From an uncultured Anaerolinea sp. (lineage in GTDB: Bacteria > Chloroflexota > Anaerolineae > Anaerolineales > UBA4823): DNA of 64,000 bases. Below, in pieces: positions 35,907 through 44,966 of this stretch. Numbering within the stretch: the first letter of the stretch is position 1; each line of letters begins with the position of its first letter. The position numbers and the translations under genes were made by a program. The DNA is taken from the NCBI GenBank assembly GCA_964503145.1, contig CAZCYV010000004.1, positions 142,414 to 206,413 on the forward strand, in the 5' to 3' direction. The notes beneath the pieces are model-generated. The model had not been told where the DNA came from and searched no databases. It saw only the letters and a list, made by a program, of their open reading frames with translations.

Positions 35907-38696
35907 ATGGCGACAACATTGACTTCGTCTCCTATCAGAATCTTGATCGTTGATGATCATCCCAACACGGCGACCATGCTGGCGCGCGTCCTGACGCGAT
36001 TTGACCATCCCGTGGAGGTGCTTACAGCCGCCGGCGGCGAGGAGGCGCTGCGACAGATTGGCGATCAGATGGTCGATATCCTGATCACCGATTTTATGAT
36101 GCCAGGCATGAACGGGTTGGAGTTGATCGATAGATTGAAGGGAGAGCGAAAGCCAGCACACACCATCCTGATTACGGCATACGATACCCCGGGTCTGGCG
36201 ATCTCGGCAAAGCGGCTGGGCATCCAGGATTATCTGGTCAAGCCAGTGCAGCCGGATAAAATCCGTGGAATCGTCTCCAAAGTGATCGACGAGCTGCGCG
36301 CCGCGCAGCAGCCCGCGCCTACAGCGGCAATGAAACAGCGCAGTTACCGCATATTGATCGCCGACGATTACCCGGACAATGTGCGCTTATTGGCAACTCG
36401 CTTGCAGAGCGAGGGGTATGAGTTCTTTTCGGCGCAAGACGGGGAAGAAACGCTGGAAAAGCTGAGAGCTGAAGCGCCCGATCTTTTACTCTTAGACGTG
36501 AATATGCCCAAGAAAGATGGCTTTCAGGTCCTGGCAGAGATGCGCAGCGATCCGGCCATTGCGCATATACCGGTCATTGTGATCAGCGCCGCGCGCATCG
36601 GCCCGAGGGACGTGCGTGAAGGTTTGACGCTCGGCGCCGACGATTATGTGATCAAGCCATTCGACTGGCGCGAATTGGCCGCGCGGATTAAGTCCAAGCT
36701 GCGGGTTAAACAAGCTGAAGACATTTTGCGCCAGCGGACGAAAGAACTGGGTGTATTGCCCCTGATCGGGCAAGAGTTGAGCGCTCACCTCGATATTGCA
36801 AGCCTGGCGGAAATTGTTACTAACCGAACGCTAGAGACACTCGCAGCGTCTTCCGCTCGGCTGGATATCTTGCTTCCCGACGGTCGGGTCTATGTACGCC
36901 AGCGGGCGATGAACGAAAGCGGATCGCAGGAATTGTCTCTCACATTCGAGCAGACGCGCCGATGGGGGTTGACAGATCACATCCTATCGGAGCGTCAAGG
37001 GGCGGTCATCGAAGATGTTCGAGTCGATCCACGATGGCGCAGTTTGAAGGAGGATCGAACCGGCTCTGCTGTGGCGGTCCCATTGCTTGGTCGGAATGAT
37101 GTCATCGGTGTGCTAACGTTGACGCACGAATACCCTGCGTATTTCACCCAGGAGCATCAGGGACTGCTCCAGGCTATTGCCAGCCAGGCGGCAATCGCTA
37201 TCGAGAACGCGCAACTCTTCGATGTGGAGCGCCGACGGGTGAAGGAGTTGAGCGCGCTGAATCGGATTATGTTGAGCATTCTGCGCTTTACCCATTCGCG
37301 CGAATTGTTGGAACACGTGCCACGGTTGATTCAGGAGGAGCTGGGCTATCCGGTTGTGGCGGTTTGGAATGGCATCGCCAGCGGCGCCGAGACTCTGACG
37401 CTACAGAGTATGGTGGGAGAGGCGCGGGGTATAGACGCCGACTTGATGGTGGATGCTCCGCAACAGGCGGTGAGCACCGGCAAGACCGTGCTGGTTTCTG
37501 ATCCTCAACGGACGCCATCGGCCATTGCAGTGCCCCTGTTAATCGAAGGCAGCCCACGCGGCGCGCTGGCCATCTACAATCCGGCGGCGAATGCCTTTCA
37601 AGAGCGGGATTGTGCTTTGCTAGAAACGCTGGCGACGCAGGTGGTTTCGGCGTTGGAGCGGGTTGGGTTATTCGAGTCTGTGGAGAAGGAGCAACGCCGA
37701 CTGATGGCGGTGCTGCAGAGCGCCGCGGATGCGATCCTGGTGATCGACTCTGACCTGCGGTTAACTTTAGCAAATCCGGCTGGCGAGTGCCTGTTCAGCG
37801 ATACGGATGCGCGCGTCGGCCAATCGTTGCCCCTGGGACAGGGATACGATGAATTGATCGCCTTGCTGAGCCAGGCGCAGGCCAGCGGGGTGTATCAACA
37901 GGGCGAGGTCAACTGGCCGGATGGCAGCGTGTTTTCGGTGTACATCACGCCAATCGAAGAGGGCGGTCACGTTGCGGTCTTGCATGATATTAGCCGCTTC
38001 AAAGCGCTGGCAGCGCTGAAAAATGAGTATATCGCTGCGGCTTCACACGACTTGAAAAACCCGATTATGGCGGTGATGGGTTACAACGACCTGCTGGCCG
38101 CCGCCGGGCCGCTGAACCCGATGCAGGAGGAATTCACCCGACGCATCCGCCACTCGGCAGCGCAGATGCGAGATCTGGTGTTGAACCTGCTCGAGGTCTC
38201 GCGGCTGGAGTCCGGCATGCCGATGAAAATGGAGGTGCTCGATCTCCACGATTTGATCTCTCAGGTTGTGCAAGAGCTGGAAGACCGGGCGCGAACCAAG
38301 GCTCAAACGATGGCTCAGAACTTGTGCTCGGCGCAACTCTTGGTGCGTGGAGATCGACAACTGATGCTTCAAATGATGCACAATCTGTTGAGCAATGCGA
38401 TTAAATATACCCCCCAGGATGGGAAAATCACGATCAGCACACTGACGGACGGGCAGATGGTGCGCGTAGTCTTCCAGGACACCGGTATTGGCATCCCGGC
38501 GCAGGATCTGCCGCATATCTTCAATAAATTTTTCCGGGTACAGAATGATGCTACAAGAGATATCGAAGGCACTGGCCTGGGCCTGGCGATCGTGAAGTCG
38601 ATCGTCGAGAACCATGGCGGGCGGATCGATGTAGAGAGCAAATTGGGTGAAGGCAGTGCGTTTACGGTGCGGCTGCCGGCCTACTCGCCAGCTTAA
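35907..38696 (+). CDS. Hybrid sensor kinase: REC-REC-GAF-GAF-PAS-HisKA-HATPase_c
   Basis: Two N-terminal receivers (ILIVDDHP...ILITDFMMPGMNG; ILIADDYP...LLLLDVNMPKKDG). GAF-terminal helices AAIAIENAQLF and QVVSALERVGLF. H-box ASHDLKNPIMAV, N-box LSNAIKYTP, G-boxes DTGIGI and GTGLGLAI. Start taken at ATG 35907 (MATTLTSSPIRILIVDD). Confidence 0.9.
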   Translation: MATTLTSSPIRILIVDDHPNTATMLARVLTRFDHPVEVLTAAGGEEALRQIGDQMVDILITDFMMPGMNGLELIDRLKGERKPAHTILITAYDTPGLAISAKRLGIQDYLVKPVQPDKIRGIVSKVIDELRAAQQPAPTAAMKQRSYRILIADDYPDNVRLLATRLQSEGYEFFSAQDGEETLEKLRAEAPDLLLLDVNMPKKDGFQVLAEMRSDPAIAHIPVIVISAARIGPRDVREGLTLGADDYVIKPFDWRELAARIKSKLRVKQAEDILRQRTKELGVLPLIGQELSAHLDIASLAEIVTNRTLETLAASSARLDILLPDGRVYVRQRAMNESGSQELSLTFEQTRRWGLTDHILSERQGAVIEDVRVDPRWRSLKEDRTGSAVAVPLLGRNDVIGVLTLTHEYPAYFTQEHQGLLQAIASQAAIAIENAQLFDVERRRVKELSALNRIMLSILRFTHSRELLEHVPRLIQEELGYPVVAVWNGIASGAETLTLQSMVGEARGIDADLMVDAPQQAVSTGKTVLVSDPQRTPSAIAVPLLIEGSPRGALAIYNPAANAFQERDCALLETLATQVVSALERVGLFESVEKEQRRLMAVLQSAADAILVIDSDLRLTLANPAGECLFSDTDARVGQSLPLGQGYDELIALLSQAQASGVYQQGEVNWPDGSVFSVYITPIEEGGHVAVLHDISRFKALAALKNEYIAAASHDLKNPIMAVMGYNDLLAAAGPLNPMQEEFTRRIRHSAAQMRDLVLNLLEVSRLESGMPMKMEVLDLHDLISQVVQELEDRARTKAQTMAQNLCSAQLLVRGDRQLMLQMMHNLLSNAIKYTPQDGKITISTLTDGQMVRVVFQDTGIGIPAQDLPHIFNKFFRVQNDATRDIEGTGLGLAIVKSIVENHGGRIDVESKLGEGSAFTVRLPAYSPA

Positions 38697-38768
38697 GGAA
38701 CTGTAAATGGTTATTTACCTGTCCTTTATGGGCAGTTCAGTTAAAGAAGGATAAATTTCAGGAAATTT

Positions 38769-39833
38769 ATGAGGAGAACATCTATGAAAACGCTGAAGAA
38801 AGCTTCGTTATGGGGGATGTTGTCATGGCTGATGCTGGCAATTATGCTAGTCGTCGTATTGGGTGGGTGCGCTCCAAAGACCCCAGCGACGGCCACTGAA
38901 ACGGAAGAGCCGGCGGTATCTAGCTATAGCGGGAAGAAGATCCTGTATGTAAACTCTTACCACGAGGGTTATGCATGGTCGGATGGGATCGAGAGCGGGT
39001 TGCATGAAGTACTGGACGGTACAGGGGTGGAATTAAAGATCCTTCGTATGGATACCAAACGGAACCCGGATGTTGAATTTGGGCAACAGGCGGGTATTAA
39101 GGCCAAGGCGGAGATCGATGCCTTTAAGCCCGATGTCGTAATTGTGTCCGATGACAATGCGCAGAAATATCTGGTCGTGCCGTTTTTAAAAGGGACCGAT
39201 ATACCGGTTATCTTCAACGGGGTGAATTGGGATGCTTCAGCTTATGGATACCCTGCCAGTAATGTTACCGGTATGATCGAGGTTGAACTACCTGATCAGT
39301 TGATTGAGCTGCTAAAGACGTACGCAAAGGGAGAGCGGTTGGGGTATCTGACGGTTGATTCTGAAACCGAGAGAAAAGTAGTGGATATTTACAACCAACG
39401 GTTCTTCAAAGGTCAATTGAAACCATATTGGGTGAAAACCCAGGAGGAGTTCAAAGCAGCTTTCCTGGCGGCTCAGGATGAAGTAGATATCCTGTTTATT
39501 GGCAATAACGCCGGCAGCGAAACATGGGACGAGACTGAGATGAAGCGTTTCGTTTTGGAAAACTCGAAAATTCCGAGCGGATCAATCAATGATTGGATGG
39601 CCCCTTATTGCCTGCTGACAGTGGCTAAGAGCGCCAAAGAGCAAGGGGTGTGGTCGGCTGAAATGGCGCTCAGGATTCTCGATGGAACGCCCGTGTCGGC
39701 AATTCCAGTAACCTATAATAAAAAAGGTGATCTGATATTGAACCTCGACCTGGCAGATAGACTGAACGTCGTCTTTGCGCCATCCTTGTTGAAGAATGCT
39801 GCCGTGGTCCTTGAGAATAGTGCCAGTCAATAA
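38769..39833 (+). CDS. Periplasmic substrate-binding protein (ABC_sub_bind-like), orphan
   Basis: 354 aa with an N-terminal anchor or lipobox (LVVVLGGCAP). The KKILYVNSYHEGYAWSDGIESG segment is typical of the ABC_sub_bind family. There are no cognate ABC permease or ATPase genes nearby. Confidence 0.75.
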   Translation: MRRTSMKTLKKASLWGMLSWLMLAIMLVVVLGGCAPKTPATATETEEPAVSSYSGKKILYVNSYHEGYAWSDGIESGLHEVLDGTGVELKILRMDTKRNPDVEFGQQAGIKAKAEIDAFKPDVVIVSDDNAQKYLVVPFLKGTDIPVIFNGVNWDASAYGYPASNVTGMIEVELPDQLIELLKTYAKGERLGYLTVDSETERKVVDIYNQRFFKGQLKPYWVKTQEEFKAAFLAAQDEVDILFIGNNAGSETWDETEMKRFVLENSKIPSGSINDWMAPYCLLTVAKSAKEQGVWSAEMALRILDGTPVSAIPVTYNKKGDLILNLDLADRLNVVFAPSLLKNAAVVLENSASQ

Positions 39834-39907
39834 TCTACCGGTGTTATGCAGAAGGATCACTTGGACGCTGCGACCAACCAACCGTTTTATCACAATGAGG
39901 AAAAAGC

Positions 39908-41401
39908 ATGAATCCACTTAGCCGATTGCTAGGTCCATCCATCCGCAGGAGAATCTCGTCCGCTTTCCTGATGGTCACTGTGCTGGTGTTGGTGATGGCA
40001 GCGGCAAGCTATTTACAACTGCGTCAGATTAGCCCTTCCTCAGAGGTGATCATTCATAATAGCTTGGACCTGGATCATCTCCAACACCTGGCGGCTGCAA
40101 CAGCAGCACTGGATGCTGACCTGGAAAGGTACCTTGTCATTCCAGGGGTTGAATACCAGGAAAATGTTCAAAATGATTTACTGACCATTGGGGAGTCCCT
40201 AGAAAACTTGCAAGAAAATCCAGTGCCTGAGATTCAAGGCAGCATTACAGAGCTGGAAGAGGTTGTCACCCGATTACAAGTCAGCGTCCAACAGTTGATG
40301 GAGGCCCGTTCAGCAAATGTTTCCTCGAGGCAGATAAACCGACAGATCGTTGCGTTGTATAGTGACATCGAGATGCTCAAAGGATTGCAAGATGATCTAT
40401 CTGCCAAGGTGTTGGAAAACCTTCAATCAACGGCGGTGTCGCAGGGTACATTGGCCGAGCAGGTTCTAAGCCAATCCATGGTGCTTGGGATTATTGTCGT
40501 GCTGCTCGCGGTGGTCACTGCATTTATGTCAGACAGGCGGTTGCGGGCGATCAGCGAGCTTACCCGTACTGCAACAGCCATTGCTGGCGGAGATTTGGAA
40601 CGCACAGCCTCGGTGGAAAGCAAGGATGAAATCGGGGTTTTAGCGATCGCTTTCAACACGATGACCGGTAAATTGCGCGAACAGATGGCCACGCTGGAGC
40701 AGCGCGTCGCGGAGCGCACCCGGGCGCTGCAAACCAGCACTGAAGTCAGCCGTCGCCTGTCCACGATTTTGGATCAGAATGAATTGGTGAAGGCGGTAGT
40801 GTATGAAGTGCAGCAGGCATTTGATTACTACCACGCCCAAATTTACTTGTTTGACGAGGCTGGCGAAAACCTGGTGATGGTGGGGGGCACCAGCCAGGCA
40901 GGGCAGCAGATGTTGGCCCGGGGGCACAAAATCCCCAAGGGTCGTGGCCTGGTGGGACGGGCAGCGGAAAGCGGTGAAGTGGTGCTGGTGAGCGATACCA
41001 CGGCGAACCCGGACTGGCTGCCGAACCCCTTGTTGCCAGAGACGCGCTCGGAGGTGGCTGTGCCGATCAAGATCGGCAAACAGGTGCTGGGCGTCTTGGA
41101 CGTTCAGCAGGATAGGGTTGACGGTTTGACTGAGCAGGATGTCAGCCTGTTGACCTCGGTCGCCAACCAGGTAGCGGTGGCGGTGCAGAACGCACAGCTT
41201 TACACGCAAACCCGACAGAAGGCAGAGCGCGAGGCAAAGATCAACCTGATCGGCCAGAAATTGCAACAGACCCTGACCATCGAGGATACGCTCCAGGTAG
41301 CGCTGGTGGAGCTGAGTCAGGCTTTGGATGCTTCACGAGCGGCTATTCGGGTGAGTCGCTTGCAAACAAATGGCGGGCGGGAGCATGTTAAAACCAACTA
41401 G
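39908..41401 (+). CDS. Membrane receptor: helical periplasmic sensor (CHASE3/4HB-like)-TM-HAMP-GAF, no output domain
   Basis: 497 aa with TM1 AFLMVTVLVLVMAAASYL and TM2 VLGIIVVLLAVVTAFM. HAMP (AIAGGDLERTASVESKDEIGVLAIAFNTMTGKL). GAF with DYYHAQIYLFD...NPDWLPNPLLPETRSEVAVPI...VAVAVQNAQLY. It ends in a short conserved tail. No HisKA, GGDEF or MCP signalling domain is visible. Confidence 0.85.
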   Translation: MNPLSRLLGPSIRRRISSAFLMVTVLVLVMAAASYLQLRQISPSSEVIIHNSLDLDHLQHLAAATAALDADLERYLVIPGVEYQENVQNDLLTIGESLENLQENPVPEIQGSITELEEVVTRLQVSVQQLMEARSANVSSRQINRQIVALYSDIEMLKGLQDDLSAKVLENLQSTAVSQGTLAEQVLSQSMVLGIIVVLLAVVTAFMSDRRLRAISELTRTATAIAGGDLERTASVESKDEIGVLAIAFNTMTGKLREQMATLEQRVAERTRALQTSTEVSRRLSTILDQNELVKAVVYEVQQAFDYYHAQIYLFDEAGENLVMVGGTSQAGQQMLARGHKIPKGRGLVGRAAESGEVVLVSDTTANPDWLPNPLLPETRSEVAVPIKIGKQVLGVLDVQQDRVDGLTEQDVSLLTSVANQVAVAVQNAQLYTQTRQKAEREAKINLIGQKLQQTLTIEDTLQVALVELSQALDASRAAIRVSRLQTNGGREHVKTN

Positions 41402-41442
41402 ATCAAACACGAATCAAGTTCCAGACACCGCTGGAGGTCAGA

Positions 41443-42435
41443 GTGTTACCTAGGAAACGAGTATTTCTTGCGGTTTTCCTGATATCGAGTGTGCTACTGA
41501 GCGCATGTTCCGGGTTTTCAAAGGCAGATCCGTACACTCAGAAACCATTGAAAATAGCCTGGAACGCCTGGCCAGGTGATTATCCGATCGTCCTGGCTGG
41601 GGAACTGGGCCTCTATGAGAAGTATGGGGCAGAGGTGGAGACAATTTATAGTGAGGATTATTCGCAACAGTTGGCTCAGTTGCTTTCTGGTGAGATCGAT
41701 AGTTTTAATGCTACGATTTCCGATGTCTTGTTGATGGCGAACACAGATGATTTGCAAATCGTGTTGGTATCGGATTATCCGCAGGGGGCAAACGTGATCA
41801 TTGGGGATGCGAGCATACAAACGCCAAGAGATCTCAAGGGCAAAAGATTGGGCGTAGATGCCTCCGTCATCCAGAGTCAGTTATTGGTGGCGGAGATGCT
41901 CAAGGCCTATGGTTTAAGCATTGACGATGTCAGGTTGGTTTCGATCATCCCCGAGGAAGTGCCAGAAGCCTTGGGCGAGACGATCGATGCTGGTTTTACC
42001 TGGGGGCAATTCGTTACAGAGGCGATCAAAAAAGGCAACAAAGTTGTTTATTCAGACGCCGAAGCGCCCGGATTGCTGACCGATGTACTCATCTTTCGCC
42101 GAACTACAGTTGAAGAACGACCTGAGGACATTCAGGCGGTTGTCGCTGCCTGGATCGAAGCGGCGGGCTTCTTGAACGCCAATCCAGACCAGGCTGTGGA
42201 AATGATTGCACGACACTCTGGCTTATCCCAGGATGAAGTCAGCCTGGAGGGAGTCAAAGTCTATACACTCAGAGACAATCTTTCGGCCTTCCAATTTGGC
42301 GATGATTTTAGCTCGCTGTACTTCACCATTAACGTAAACCAGAATTTTTTGCGAGATCAGGGATATATATCGAAATTTGTCCCGCTCGAAAGGCTGATCC
42401 AGACCAGCTTCTTGACCGCCCTGTCTTCGCAATAG
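41443..42435 (+). CDS. NMT1/THI5-like (nitrate/sulfonate/taurine-type) periplasmic binding lipoprotein, orphan
   Basis: 330 aa with lipobox VLLSACSG. KIAWNAWPGDYPIVLAGELGLYEKYG is typical of the NMT1/SsuA-like SBP fold. No ABC transporter genes are adjacent. Confidence 0.75.
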   Translation: MLPRKRVFLAVFLISSVLLSACSGFSKADPYTQKPLKIAWNAWPGDYPIVLAGELGLYEKYGAEVETIYSEDYSQQLAQLLSGEIDSFNATISDVLLMANTDDLQIVLVSDYPQGANVIIGDASIQTPRDLKGKRLGVDASVIQSQLLVAEMLKAYGLSIDDVRLVSIIPEEVPEALGETIDAGFTWGQFVTEAIKKGNKVVYSDAEAPGLLTDVLIFRRTTVEERPEDIQAVVAAWIEAAGFLNANPDQAVEMIARHSGLSQDEVSLEGVKVYTLRDNLSAFQFGDDFSSLYFTINVNQNFLRDQGYISKFVPLERLIQTSFLTALSSQ

Positions 42436-42515
42436 CGTTTGCATTGCCAGATAGCACAGCATCGAGAGGATATTACCCTGTGAGGTGGAGGGCTTTCTCC
42501 TGAGGAGAAAAATGA

Positions 42516-44966
42516 ATGAATAGTCAGCCAGATGAACTCCAATTGATCATCAGCGAACCAGGCGACCTGGTAGAAGCAAAGCGCCGCCAAAACGCGTTGC
42601 GCCTGAGCTTGCTAATTGCGGTTCTAATGATCTTTGTCACGATAGGGGTGATATGGGTTTCGGCCCGCAATCAGGTCGATGCGTCCGAAGCGTATATTAC
42701 TGCCTCACTGGCTTTGGTTGCGGGCGCGGCTGCCTGGCTAAACTGGCGTAAGCGCGGCAATTGGGGCATGCTGGCGTTAGCCTTTGTGATTGCGTTGATT
42801 CCGCTGATCATGCCTTTTGTGACGGAACAACGCTCGATCCAGGTCGGCATCATCACCATCATTATCATGGCCGGCCTGAGTGTGGCCACTTTACCGCCCA
42901 GGCTGGGCGGTTTGGCGATTGTCAGCGTCGCTGTTACTGCGGTGATCGGGGTGTTACTCGATTATTTCCTGCCGATGCGACATGCCACGTCTAGTGAACC
43001 GGTCACGAATATCACCCTGATTGTGGCGCTGCTCATCTTTGGATACTTTGTGTTGCGAGAGTATCGTCGGTTTAGCATGCGAGTGAAGCTGATCATGGCA
43101 TTTGTAGCGGTGGCGATGATCCCTTTGACTCTTCTGGCCATGGTCAACAATTATCAGACGACCAAGTACTTAAACGAGGTTTCCCAGGCTAAGATTTCTG
43201 AAGCTGCAGAGACGATCGCAACCAGCGTGGATAACTACCTCAGGAATGAGTTGTTTACCATCCGCGTCGAGGCGCAACTGCCGGATTTTGTGGCTTTGCT
43301 TAGCCTCCCAGGCCCGGCAAGACAAGAAAGCGACCTTTTCGAAAAGGTGGGGCGAGTCCTGGCCTACTACTCTCGGCGAGATCCAATCTTCATCAACTCT
43401 TATGCTTTGATCGACTCGACCGGCTTAGTTGTCCAGGATATTGATCCAAACAACATTGGAAAAAGCGAAATTGGGCAGGAATATTTTCTCGAAACTATGC
43501 TCTCAGGCTATCCCACGGTTTCGAACATATATTTCGACGAGGCGGCTGGCCTGTTCATCGCTGCGCCGGTCAGAACCAATAGGGGTGAAATCATCGGCCT
43601 CCTAAGGGTGCGCTACGATGCCCGCGTCCTGCAGGCCATCCTGTTGCGCGAAAGGAAAACCGATGCGCTGGCGCTGAACAGCGCATTGCTGGACGATGCT
43701 TACTATATTCGCCTGGCAGATAGCCACTCGCCGGAGAGCAACTACAAGAGCTTTGCTCCGCTCAACGAAGCTCAGGTGAAAATGTTGCAAAACTCTCGCC
43801 GCCTGCCGGGCGGGGAAAGCACCGAATTTGCAGGGAACGAGCCGGAAGTCGTCGAAGGGATATTGGCTTCGAAGAACACCCCGATCTTTACGGCGCCAGC
43901 AGAAGTTTTCGATGGGGAGCCGGCGATGGTCGCCGTCAGGCATCTGGATGAGGCCCCATGGATCGTGATGGTTCGCCAGGCTGTTCGCGAAGTCCAGGTT
44001 CCTGTCGAGACGCAGACACGGCTGGCTGTGGTTCTGTCACTTGCCGCGTTGGCATTGATTGCCGGGGTAGCGTTCCTGGTCTCGCAAGCCTTGTCGGCGC
44101 CATTGATGCATTTGAAACAGGTAGCCGAACAAGTCGCCGCCGGCGATCTGCGCGCCCAGGCGAAAATCAGCACTCCGGACGAGGTCGGACTACTTGCCAG
44201 TACCTTCAATACGATGACTCAGGAGTTGCGCAGCACTCTGGATGGACTGGAGCAGCGCGTGGCCGACCGAACGCGAGCAATCAAACTGAGCGCCGAGGTT
44301 GGCCGCCGCCTGTCAACGATCCTGAACCCTTCTCAGTTGGTGACCGAAGTGGTGCAGTTGCTGCAGCAAGCGTTCAACTATTATCATGTGCACATCTATC
44401 TGTTTGATGAGCAGAAAGCGAACCTGGTCATGATGGGCGGCACGGGCGAGGCGGGCAGGATCATGCTCGAACGCCGTCATCAAATTCCATTGGGCAAGGG
44501 CTTGGTTGGTCGAGCAGCCGAGACGGGGACGGCTGTGCTGGCGGCGGATACCTCCCAAGAGCCGGACTGGTTGCCAAATCCATTGCTGCCGGACACCAGG
44601 GCCGAGATTGCTGTGCCCATCCTGTTGGGTGATGAGGTACTGGGCGTGCTGGATGTGCAGCAGAATTCGGTTTACGGCCTGGGGCGGGATGACATGGAAT
44701 TGTTGTATGGTATTGCTGCGCAGGTGGCGATTGCCCTGCGCAACGCCGAGCAATACACCCAGGCGCAGCGCCGGGCGCAGCGGGAGGCGCTGACCAGCCA
44801 GATCGTCCAGCAAATTCAGTCGACGCGTTCGGTAGAGCGCGCGTTGCAGATCACGGTGCGCGAGTTAGGGCGGGCGTTGGGAATGGAGCGCACGCGCGTG
44901 AGGATCGCCATGGGCCAGGACAACCATGCTGAGAACAGCGGCAATGGCAAAAGCACCCATGAATGA
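42516..44966 (+). CDS. Membrane receptor: ~6 TM N-terminal domain-dCache-like-TM-HAMP-GAF, no output domain
   Basis: 816 aa. Six N-terminal hydrophobic helices, an extracytoplasmic Cache-like region of about 280 aa, and a TM (LAVVLSLAALALIAGVAFLV). HAMP (VAAGDLRAQAKISTPDEVGLLASTFNTMTQEL). GAF with NYYHVHIYLFD...EPDWLPNPLLPDTRAEIAVPI...VAIALRNAEQY, plus the conserved tail. Confidence 0.85.
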   Translation: MNSQPDELQLIISEPGDLVEAKRRQNALRLSLLIAVLMIFVTIGVIWVSARNQVDASEAYITASLALVAGAAAWLNWRKRGNWGMLALAFVIALIPLIMPFVTEQRSIQVGIITIIIMAGLSVATLPPRLGGLAIVSVAVTAVIGVLLDYFLPMRHATSSEPVTNITLIVALLIFGYFVLREYRRFSMRVKLIMAFVAVAMIPLTLLAMVNNYQTTKYLNEVSQAKISEAAETIATSVDNYLRNELFTIRVEAQLPDFVALLSLPGPARQESDLFEKVGRVLAYYSRRDPIFINSYALIDSTGLVVQDIDPNNIGKSEIGQEYFLETMLSGYPTVSNIYFDEAAGLFIAAPVRTNRGEIIGLLRVRYDARVLQAILLRERKTDALALNSALLDDAYYIRLADSHSPESNYKSFAPLNEAQVKMLQNSRRLPGGESTEFAGNEPEVVEGILASKNTPIFTAPAEVFDGEPAMVAVRHLDEAPWIVMVRQAVREVQVPVETQTRLAVVLSLAALALIAGVAFLVSQALSAPLMHLKQVAEQVAAGDLRAQAKISTPDEVGLLASTFNTMTQELRSTLDGLEQRVADRTRAIKLSAEVGRRLSTILNPSQLVTEVVQLLQQAFNYYHVHIYLFDEQKANLVMMGGTGEAGRIMLERRHQIPLGKGLVGRAAETGTAVLAADTSQEPDWLPNPLLPDTRAEIAVPILLGDEVLGVLDVQQNSVYGLGRDDMELLYGIAAQVAIALRNAEQYTQAQRRAQREALTSQIVQQIQSTRSVERALQITVRELGRALGMERTRVRIAMGQDNHAENSGNGKSTHE

